Positions 53,342 to 64,000 of a stretch of DNA of 64,000 nt are shown here, one piece after another. Origin of the DNA: Octopus sinensis. Its lineage: Eukaryota. A program made the translations under genes and the position numbers. The stretch covers positions 41,726,001-41,790,000 of the forward strand of contig NC_043014.1 in assembly GCF_006345805.1 (NCBI RefSeq), read 5' to 3'. The stretch's first letter is position 1. Every line of letters begins with the position of its first letter. The notes beneath the pieces were generated by a model. That model did no database searches. It was not told the DNA's origin and was given only the letters and a program-made list of their open reading frames with translations.

Positions 53342-54690
53342 TGAATATAATTTATGCCACGTCCACAAATTAGCACACATCTCGCTCTAATTTTAGGGGG
53401 ACATTCGTCATGACCCTAGCTGGGTTTTTATCAACTTATTTACCCCGAGGCACTCGCGGATAGCGGTAAAAATCGATTTTCAACCATAATTTTTACTAAC
53501 TTTGAAGTTTGAAAACATGAGTTACGTCCCCTTCTTGCTATAAGGAAGTGAAAGTGTGTGTTTGTGTGTGTGTGTCTCTGTGTGTGTGTGTGAGCGAGAG
53601 AGAAAGAGAAATTTTGTGTTGATGAACGAATGTGTGTGAGAGTGTCTAACGAAACAAAAAATGTTTAAAGAAAGTGTTTGAGCAAAAGAGAGGGGGAGTG
53701 TGACAGAGAAAGTGTATGTGAGGAAGAGAGGGAGAGAGAGAGAGAGAGTTTGACAAAAAATGAGTCTAACAAAAAATGCGAAGAGAAAGTGTGAGGGAGA
53801 GGGTAGGTGTGACAGCGTTCATCAAATATAAAAATGTAAAATGTTTTTTCTTAAACACGAGATATAGTCTTCAAATTTAGGACATTTTTGAAAGACACTA
53901 TATTTTATAATCAGATTATGTATACTTTCTCACACAACAATTAAAATATATTTATTTTAAATCACTTATTTATCTATTTATCTATAAAAGACAAGATGTG
54001 TGTGTGTGTGTGTGTGTACGTGAATATAATTTATGCCACGTCCACAAATTAGCACACATCTCGCTCTAATTTTAGGGGGACATTCGTCATGACCCTAGCT
54101 GGGTTTTTATCAACTTATTTACCCCGAGGCACTCGCGGATAGCGGTAAAAATCGATTTTCAACCATAATTTTTACTAACTTTGAAGTTTGAAAACATGAG
54201 TTACGTCCCCTTCTTGCTATAAGGAAGTGAAAGTGTGTGTTTGTGTGTGTGTGTCTCTGTGTGTGTGTGTGAGCGAGAGAGAAAGAGAAATTTTGTGTTG
54301 ATGAACGAATGTGTGTGAGAGTGTCTAACGAAACAAAAAATGTTTAAAGAAAGTGTTTGAGCAAAAGAGAGGGGGAGTGTGACAGAGAAAGTGTATGTGA
54401 GGAAGAGAGGGAGAGAGAGAGAGAGAGTTTGACAAAAAATGAGTCTAACAAAAAATGCGAAGAGAAAGTGTGAGGGAGAGGGTAGGTGTGACAGCGTTCA
54501 TCAAATATAAAAATGTAAAATGTTTTTTCTTAAACACGAGATATAGTCTTCAAATTTAGGACATTTTTGAAAGACACTATATTTTATAATCAGATTATGT
54601 ATACTTTCTCACACAACAATTAAAATATATTTATTTTAAATCACTTATTTATCTATTTATCTATAAAAGACAAGATGTGTGTGTGTGTGT
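53284..54690 (+). repeat. Perfect 679-bp tandem duplication with three TCTATAAAAG..GATGT(GT)n heads
   Basis: 53341-53997 equals 54020-54676 at offset 679; heads at 53284, 53981 and 54660. Confidence 0.95.
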
Positions 54691-54900
54691 CCAAGATACT
54701 CTTATGGAATGTGACTAAATTATCCTTATTTTTCAACATAGTCCTCCTTGCGGTACACATACTTCTTGTTCCGTCGGTGTTGCAGTCTTTGTATTCTTTT
54801 GGCGAAGAAGCTTTCATCGTGTTGGTCAAGAAATTCATCAACAGCAGATATGACGTCATCATAACTGCAATGACATCGTTAATAGTTAGTTCTGAAGTCA
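54691..54900 (-). mobile_element. mariner 3' end fragment
   Basis: DDVISAVDEFLDQHDESFFAKRIQRLQH..RKEDYVEK* then the TIR remnant. Confidence 0.75.
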
Positions 54901-54949
54901 GATATCAATTTACCTGCAGAGAAACAATTTAGTTATTATTAAGCAGAAC

Positions 54950-55390
54950 TGAAATTAATGCATGCAAGCTTTCACTGCTGTAGCCTCACTCCTTCATAGT
55001 CAACCTGCGAACTCTTCAGCCGATTCTCGTATATATAAGCTTAGTATGTTCTGGCTCAAGTTCAGAGTTTGCCCGAAAAATAGAGGAGACAGATTATCTT
55101 ATCATGACCGTTCCCGAACCCGGCGCATTCGTCCTTGTCTGTGCCTCTAGGAAGGGCTTCGAACACCTGCTTCATCTTGCCTGCCAACTCGGTCTTACTG
55201 TTTCTGACAGCGTGTTCGATGTTTTGTCTTTCTCAACTGTGCCCCTCACATAGTAACCCACCGGGGTCACATTCGGGGAAATTAGGAGGCTTGATATCGA
55301 GGCTGGTGAAGTCGGAGAATTTCTCCTCAACTTCTTCTAAATCTTTTCGATGGTATGGCAAGGACACGAATCCTTGCCATATACCTAATC
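54950..55390 (-). pseudogene. Tc1/maT-like transposase catalytic-domain fragment
   Basis: DSCPCHTIEK..(PPNFPECDP)VGYYVRGTVEK.., matching the DxAPCH..WPPNSPDCNPLDYYVWG pattern after frameshifts. Confidence 0.6.
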
Positions 55391-55399
55391 ATATAACAA

Positions 55400-55690
55400 G
55401 AATTGATACCTACCTCATTGTGTTCAACCACTGATAAATTTATCGCCTGTGAATATGAAATTCCTCTTCATTTCTCTGGAAATTTACATCTACACCATTG
55501 GAAATTGTGCATCTATACAAAGGATTAATTCACCCTCTCTGTAATGCTAATAAGCAGGAATTGAGACCCACCTCGTTGTGATTAACAATGGATAAATTTG
55601 TCGTCTGTGAGTATGTAATCCCTCCTCATATCTCTGGAAATTCATATGTGCACTATGGATTAGGTCACCTTCTCTGTGATGCTATTAAAA
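55400..55690. repeat. Degenerate tandem dimer, period about 158 bp
   Basis: GAATTGATACCTACCTCATTGTG..CTCTGGAAATT..CTCTGTAATGCTAATAA vs GAATTGAGACCCACCTCGTTGTG..CTCTGGAAATT..CTCTGTGATGCTATTAA. Confidence 0.75.
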
Positions 55691-55955
55691 CTTTTTTAAA
55701 ATTCTGTGATAAGACTGTACATCATCTTTAAAGAACTTTAATGAACTTTGGAAATCTGTTTATGTTACTTAATTATCTACATTACTTCATGAGTATAGCC
55801 TCAACCACTAGGATGTCTAGAGAACTCACATGTATTTTAGCTGATGAGTACGGGACACGTTTATATGCTGTAATTTTTGCAACATTTAATAAAGCCTGTC
55901 CTTGTATGAAACGATTGTACTAAAAACCTATCCATTCTTGTTGCTTCTTTCTCGC

Positions 55956-56000
<45 letters not shown>

Positions 56001-56708
56001 ATGGGTGTCTGAGTTTGTATGAGAGGAAGAGAGAGGGGGAGCAGGTGTGGTAGAAATAGTAATAGAGTGAGAGAAAGATAGAACGAGTAAGATAATGTAT
56101 GTGATGATGATGATGACGACGACGACGACGATAATGATGATGATGATGATGACGACGACGACGAAGATAACGATGACGATGATAATGATGATGATGGTGA
56201 TGATAATCATGATGGTGATGTAAGGGATTCAGACTTACACTGTCTGATAAAATTGTTTCACATTCAACGATAAGAAAAATTTATTCAAATCTATTTTCAT
56301 TTACTGCTTATTTCATTCCAATATATATCTCTATCAGCTATTGGGAGATATTGAACACCGGATCTTATTAACGAAACAAGTGTAACCTATTAATATATGA
56401 GGCAGAATTGTTAGAACTTTCTAAAATGATAATTTTTTTAACACTTGTTCTGTATATTTACAATTTTATTTCAGAACCTTTCGAGGTCAATCATGGCCTT
56501 TTCCTCTTTCTGGGTCGATTAAATAATGTACTTCTCTAAACAACTGGAGGCGATTAATTCCAGACGCTGAAAATTACTGGCATTGTGCCTAATTTAGAAA
56601 ATGGAATGTATGTATGTGCGTAATTGCCATCACCCACAAACACACACACATACGCACCTACACGTACACACATATATGTATGACTTTATGTGTGTGTACA
56701 TATATAGT

Positions 56709-56754
<46 letters not shown>

Positions 56755-56967
56755 ACATATATATACATATATAATATATGTGTGTGTGTACATATATATA
56801 CATATATATATAAACTATATATATACATATGTATATTCATATATTTATCTATATCACTTATAAATATATAGACAATATTTTGTGGGGTAGGGTATATGTA
56901 TGTAATATATATATGTATATGTATGTAAATATATAAATATATATGTTTAGATATAGATATATATATA

Positions 56968-57022
<55 letters not shown>

Positions 57023-57041
57023 ATATATATATATATATATT

Positions 57042-57115
<74 letters not shown>

Positions 57116-57844
57116 AACATGTGTGTGAGAGAGAAGGGAGAGAGTGCGCGCACACGTGTGTAAATGTGTGTGTGTGTGTGTTTGTGGAAACAGATACATA
57201 TTAAACAGAGACAAGCTGTCTGTGTTTGATCAACTGTTGTTGACATCCGAGACGTTTCGCTTGCGTTGTTATAATAATTGTCCTCGCAGACTTCTGTTTT
57301 AGACAGTTCTAAAACACACAACAATGAACTGTTTTCCTAATTCTCTAATTTCTGCTTACTGTTTTTTTCAAAACAAGTATTCTTTTTATATAGAATCCAT
57401 CATTGTCTGTTGTAATATTCATAAAAGCTAAAATCTTTCTGTTGGTATTCGTTCCTGATTGTAGAAGTTTGTCTTAAGTATGTCAATATAACGTTATAGT
57501 ATTAAGAAGAATGAATTTACGTAAAAACTAACAAAAAAATCTGACGAGAGTTCCGTTGGCTGTTTTATCAGGAGAAGTTATGTGGTTAATTTATGAGCAT
57601 TCAGATAACTCTGTCTTGAATTCATCATGTAGTATTTCATATTTACAAGATTTCAATGATGTTTTAGTTATTTTCGGAATGACATTGCAGAATAGACGTG
57701 AGATGCAGGATCGGGCCGGTCTGAACATAAAGCAAGGTAGAATATTTGGGTCTCATACGGCCAGTTTAAATGATGCCGGATTAAACCATGTTCAAATGAT
57801 ACTTAAGTCTTTTGCTACTATGGAGGTTTTACATATATATATAT

Positions 57845-58252
57845 ACTCTTTTTACGCTCTTGCTTGTTTCAGTCATTTGACTGTCGCCATGCTGGAGCAC
57901 CGCCTTTAGTCGAGCAAATCGACCCCATGACTTATTCTTTGTAAGCCTAGTACTTATTTTATCGGTTTCTATTGCCAAACCGCTAAGTTACGGGGACGAA
58001 TACACACCAGTATCGGTTGTCAAACGATGTTGGGTGGACAAACACAGACACAAACGCACATACACATACATACACATATATACATATATACGACGGGCTT
58101 CTTTCAGTTTCCGTCTACCAAATCCACTCACAAGGCTTTGGTCGGCCCGAGACTATAGCAGAAAACATTTACCCAAGGTGCCACGCAGTGGGGCTGAACC
58201 CGGAACCATGAGGTTCGTAAGCAAGCTATTTACCACACACCTACTCCTACGC
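57845..58252 (-). mobile_element. SINE family A, full length
   Basis: Reverse complement of the A consensus. Confidence 0.9.
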
Positions 58253-58463
58253 AAATATGTGAAATATATTCAGTGACTTCTGATCAAGCATAAATTTGAT
58301 CTTGCAAATGTTGCATTTTCGTCTAATAAAAACAAAAGTTAATTTCATTATTTACATTTGGCGGATATTTGTCCTCAGCTTCTTTGTTGTTAACATAACG
58401 TTACGGCTGATGGCTTCTCATTCCTAAGGTATTTTTCGATGTTATTATTATTATTCTTCCCAC

Positions 58464-58571
58464 GGGCATATGACGTAGTGGTTAAGAGTGCAGGCTGCTA
58501 ACCCTAAGATTCCGAGTTCGATTCCAGGCAGTGACCTGAATAATAATAACAACAATAACAACAACAACAAC

Positions 58572-58655
<84 letters not shown>

Positions 58656-58794
58656 CTAATAATATTAATAATAATGATAATAATAATAATACGGGTAGTC
58701 ATGATGGGTTACTGGGCATCGGATATTTTACCCCAGTGTCACTTTGATAGCATAAACTGCTATCTCATTGAATAATGATAATAATAACAACAAC

Positions 58795-58826
<32 letters not shown>

Positions 58827-58827
58827 C

Positions 58828-58886
<59 letters not shown>

Positions 58887-58902
58887 CAACAACAACAACA
58901 AC

Positions 58903-58958
<56 letters not shown>

Positions 58959-58970
58959 CATCGAAAATAC
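58464..58970 (+). mobile_element. tRNA-derived SINE head (family E) followed by long (AAT)n/(AAC)n arrays
   Basis: A box TAGTGGTTAAG, loop CTGCTAA, B box GTTCGATTCC, then direct run into (AAT)n. Confidence 0.65.
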
Positions 58971-59774
58971 CTTTAACAAAAACCCTTAGGAATGGTTGCA
59001 CATAATTTTTAGAGAAAACAAATGGTGCTCATCCAACGCAAAGATACCGCATCCCTCAGATCTGTGGTGTGCTACTCCAATTTTGCAACATTTTACTCCT
59101 TGATTGTCCTGTTTCACGGTTTTGTTGTGAATATTATAATACATCTATACTAACATCTACACCGTTAACCTCCTACATATATCGTCCAATACAAAATTGC
59201 CTAACTCGTCATACACACGCGAACATACTCGAGCCTACACATCTTCCATTTCCTGCACGCATACACATATATGAATATGCATGACTCATATTTCAATACA
59301 AATTCATCTCACACGCTCGACACACAGACATACATAACTATTTCGCAAAAGGAATAATGTCTGTTTAACAGACTTAAAACTATTTTACATACATTTTATT
59401 CCCCATCACCACGCTGTCACGCCAATTTCTACTGTCATTTACTCGCTAAAAAACAAGAATTATTTTATTTCACTTCTTACTGCTTACTTCTGCTTATTTG
59501 AACAAAATTAATTCCTTTATCTTTGTTTCCATTTTTCTTTAGATTTTATCATTTTTGCTCTGATTTCTTGAAGCGTCTCAATCCAGAGCTAAAATTTATC
59601 CCACTTTCCACTAAACAGAGTAGTTCTATATCCCAAAAATGTTGGGAGGGAAGGACTTGTAATTACAGCGCTGTGGAAAGTCAAAAAAGTGAATACAAAA
59701 TGTCGTTTGGATGGATGGACATGTATGTATGTATGTATGTATGTATGTATGTAGGTGCGTATGTATTTATTTAT

Positions 59775-60182
59775 TTATTGCCCACAAGGGGCTAAACATA
59801 GAGGGGACAAACAAGGACAGACAAACGGATTAAGTCGATTATATCGACCCCGGTGCATAACTGGTACTTATTTAATCGACCCCGAAAGGATGAACGGCAA
59901 AGTCGATCTCGGTGGAATTTGAATTCAGAACGTAACGGTAGACGAAATACCTATTTCTTTATTACCCACAAGGGGCTAAACACAGAGGGGACAAACAAGG
60001 AAAGACATAGGTATTAGGTCGATTACATCGACCCCCAGTGCGTAACTGGTACTTAATTTATCCACCCCGAAAGGATAAAAGGGAAAGTCGACCTCGGCGG
60101 AATTTGAACTCACAACGTAACGCAGGCGAAATACCGCTAAGCATTTCACCCGGCGTGCTAACGTTTCTGCCAACTCGCCGCC
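59775..60182 (-). mobile_element. SINE family B tandem dimer
   Basis: Full unit 59951-60182 plus body repeat 59775-59950; junction AAAGAAATAG/GTATTTCGTC. Confidence 0.9.
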
Positions 60183-60257
60183 TGTATGTATGTATGTATG
60201 TATAAAATAAAATGATATATATTTCATACGTAATATAGAAGCATATGTAAACTCGAC

Positions 60258-60288
<31 letters not shown>

Positions 60289-60721
60289 GACAGGGGGGGA
60301 AGACACGGCAAACGATCGGAAGATAGAAGGTGAAATAAGTGAGAAGATTGTAATGGAGTTAGATGTAAGTTAAGAAATGTTTCCGCAAGGAACGAACAAT
60401 TAGAGCTATGATGAAAGATCTGAAGAAATCAGAAGACATGAGATGGGTGAAGACAAATAAATGCAGCGCTACACATACGCGCGTGCGCGCACACACTTAC
60501 ATACATACACACACACACACACATACACTCAAACACACAAACAGACATATACACTCATACACGCAAATACTCACACACAGGAGCAAAGAATTGGGTTGGA
60601 TGGAGGAATTCAAGTGGATGAAAGTGGAAGCCCTAGGTGATAGTTCCACTGCTTTCATATATACAAGTATATTCAGTTAAGCTTGCATATGTAAAACCAT
60701 ATATAATATTTTTCTTTGATG

Positions 60722-60773
<52 letters not shown>

Positions 60774-60796
60774 TGTATGTATTTATATATATATAT

Positions 60797-60859
<63 letters not shown>

Positions 60860-60863
60860 CATA

Positions 60864-61687
60864 CGTCGTGTGATCAATAAGTATCCGGACTGTTGCGATA
60901 GTAACGTAGCAAAAAGAATGCAGAGTGAAGCCGCTTGGCGCACATTGACCTTGAACTCTGGTGTATAGTCGTACTAAGTTTTAACTTTCGCTGATTACAG
61001 CAGTGCTTGTAAGGAAGGTGTGTAACATGTGATCGTCGCATTGAGCATGTCAGAGGAAGTTAAGGAGAGAATCTGCATGAAATATTGTCAAAAGATTGGC
61101 GATGCCTGCTCAGAGGCCTACGCAAAGTTTTCAAAAGGTTTCCATCGTTCTCGATACAATGAAAGAGATCTTGTGCAGCTGAATCCCGAGTGTCTTCAGT
61201 CATAATGGACTGAACTGAATCAACCGTAACTAATCTGAATATCTTCTGATAATTCACGAATCGTCATTCGACGATATCCTCCTCACAGCTGCACACACAT
61301 CTGCGATATTTTTCTCAGTTCTGGTTGCGGGTCTCCAAGAACGTTCGTTAATATCAGCATTTTTTCCTGTCATCTTGGAAACGTCTGAACCACTCGTACA
61401 CTTGTGTGTGGCTCATACACTCCTCTCCATACTCCTTCAGCAACTTTGTGTAGGCCTCTAAGCAGATATCACCATGAAAACTTACTGTGTCTTAGTCAAT
61501 GCGACGATCACACGCTAAACACGTTCCTTCCAAGCACTATTATAAACAGCAAAAGTGAGCTACAACTTTAAAACTTAGTTCACATACATAGCAGAGGGCA
61601 GGCTCAATCTGTGCCAAGCGGCTTCACTCTGCATGCATTAGCTTCGTTACTATTGCAACACTCGTGATACTTATTGATCAGACATCG
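60864..61687. mobile_element. mariner-derived element made of two inverted 5' halves, TA on both sides
   Basis: CGTCGTGTGATCAATAAGTATC start and GATACTTATTGATCAGACATCG end; junction about 61140; right half encodes EAYTKLLKEYGEECMSHTQVYEWFRRF (mariner HTH). Confidence 0.8.
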
Positions 61688-62107
61688 TACATATATAAAT
61701 ACATGTGGTTGTGTGTGTGTGTGTGTTGTGTGTGTGTGTGTGTGTGTTTTGTGTGTTTTGTGTGTGTGTGTGTGTATGTATTTAACCACAGCTATATATT
61801 CATATAATACCTAAACGCATACAAACCCACTGATGAAGGCAGAGCATTTCTCATCTAGATCCAGAAATCCGGGATCTGGAATTATCCAGTAATTTTTTTT
61901 TTGCTAGTTTATTTTGTCTTTTTGTCTTCTCTCCTGGTGGTGTATGAACATTTAAAGTGATTTTAGAGCCAGGTTTTGGCTGCTCTTTCCAGCGTGGTGG
62001 TATCTCTTAGATACCCCAAATTATAATTTTAATAAGAATTATTACTTTGAAGGTTTTTATTCCGATGCTGACCACCTAAGATCGATAGTTTAAATAACGA
62101 TCTTATT

Positions 62108-62154
<47 letters not shown>

Positions 62155-62169
62155 TATATATATATAATA

Positions 62170-62652
62170 TATATATATACGTCGTCGTCGTAGTCGTCAT
62201 CATCGTCGGTTGTCATCACTGTCATCGCCGCTGACATCCCCCTCTTCCTCCTCCCCATCATTATTCTCATCATCTTCATTTTCATTAATCATCATCAGCA
62301 CCAGCAGCACCAGCAGCACCAACATTACCAGCTCTTAACCCCAGCACCACCAGCTCCACCATCATCTGCATCATCTGCAGTAGCAGGAGTATGCCCCCAC
62401 CATCCACCATCTTCATCATTTTCATCGTCATCGACATCCATCATCGCCGTCGTTGTCGTCCTTTCATCACCATCGCAATCCTAAGCGTCGACATCATCAT
62501 CATCATCATCATCATCTTTGCCAAAATCATTATGAAAATCGTCATCATTGTTACCTTTGTTAACATCGTCAAAATTAAATTCTTCATCATCACCATCATC
62601 TTCCATCAGTATCATCATTCATGATCATCCATCATCATCATCGTCCATCAGT

Positions 62653-62713
<61 letters not shown>

Positions 62714-62740
62714 ACATCATTTTCATCTTCATCATCACAA
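62170..62740. repeat. (CAT)n/(CGT)n/(CAC)n trinucleotide-rich tract
   Basis: Direct reading. Confidence 0.9.
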
Positions 62741-63096
62741 GACTCAATATTTAATGTGGACACACACACTCATATATATATATATTCTTTGTATTTCCGG
62801 CAGCTAAATAACTTACAAAATTAAATTTTACTTTCCTTAATATTCCCAATGTCAGAATTTTGTATAATTCTACTTCATTTTAATATTATTATAAACGAGA
62901 ATGAAGCACACACACCCACACACATCCACACACACACACACACACATAAATATAAAAAAAAACTCTACACTAGGAAAATATTTTCTTAACATAAATATAT
63001 AAAAGCTTCACACTGATTTCCATTCCCGTTTCGAAATTTTTCTTTTGAAATTTTCATATTTTTATTCTTGCAATTAATTTTAATTCCATTCTCCAG

Positions 63097-63226
63097 TAGA
63101 CTGGGAATGCATTCATCAAATTCCAATGCAACAGGTACCAATGACAGTTCGAAGAATCTGTTGAATAAAAAAACGAGGCCGACAATGTACAGAGAAAGCA
63201 TTGATATTATTTCCATAACAGTGTGA
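63097..63226 (+). CDS. Candidate terminal coding exon of an unidentified gene
   Basis: Pyrimidine tract with tandem CAG/TAG acceptor, then RLGMHSSNSNATGTNDSSKNLLNKKTRPTMYRESIDIISITV*; non-repetitive; no family recognised. Confidence 0.3.
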
Positions 63227-63403
63227 CTGTCATTGTTTCTGCTGCTTCAATTAAGCTACTAAATATGGATGTACACAGCTACGGAAAAATATATAGGCAA
63301 TGTTTAATATGTAAAATATGTCTTTACATTGGCGAACATATCCGTCATAAGTAAGTATGTGCAGATTTAGACGGAGATTGCTACCTGTCTGTCTATCTAT
63401 CTG

Positions 63404-63478
<75 letters not shown>

Positions 63479-63489
63479 GTCTATCTATT

Positions 63490-63540
<51 letters not shown>

Positions 63541-63700
63541 ATCTCTCTATCTATCTCTCTATATCTATCTATCTCTATTTATCTGTCTGTATGTGTGAGT
63601 GAGTGTGTGTTTGTTAGCTTGTAAGTATCTATGCATTATGAGTGTTATATATATATATGTAATATTTATATATACATATTACATATATATCTATGTATCA

Positions 63701-63745
<45 letters not shown>

Positions 63746-63828
63746 TATATATTTATATAATATATATTATATAGATAGATAGATAGATAGATAGATATAT
63801 ACATACATACACACACAACACTATATAG

Positions 63829-63861
<33 letters not shown>

Positions 63862-64000
63862 GTATGTATATATATGTATATGTATATACATATGATATAT
63901 GTATATGTATGAAAAACCACGCCTATATATATATATACATACATGTATGAATAAATATATGATTGCATATTATGCATATATATAAATATATGTATATGCA

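Noticed and set aside
58464-58537. tRNA-Ser(GCT)-like sequence
   Set aside because: Acceptor stem does not pair and it runs into (AAT)n; a SINE head. The same applies to the other SINE heads

Overview
AT-rich eukaryotic DNA with very dense microsatellites and many retroposon and transposon remnants. The tRNA-derived SINE families, TTAGGG-type repeats and repeat landscape resemble an octopus (coleoid cephalopod) genome; this is an inference from repeat character, not a database match. It looks like a large intron or intergenic stretch: I recognise no complete host protein-coding gene. Most ORFs in the track are translations of (TA)n, (TG)n, (TATG)n, (GATA)n, (AAT)n or (CAT)n arrays. Well-supported content: about 20 copies of several SINE families (some with exact TSDs, nested or in tandem multimers); decayed Penelope-like, CR1/L2-like, RTE and R4/Dong-like LINE pieces; a nearly full-length decayed Tc1/mariner element and other fragments; a TIR element with 8-bp TSD carrying internal telomere-like repeats; and a perfect 679-bp tandem duplication. 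The most interesting signals are structural RNA-type: a ~200-bp non-autonomous element in two copies carrying a minimal hammerhead-ribozyme motif, and several long near-perfect foldback inverted repeats (99-bp and ~115-bp arms) that would form dsRNA if transcribed. Two isolated exon candidates and one promoter-like island are reported at low confidence. SINE family letters A-E are my own labels.
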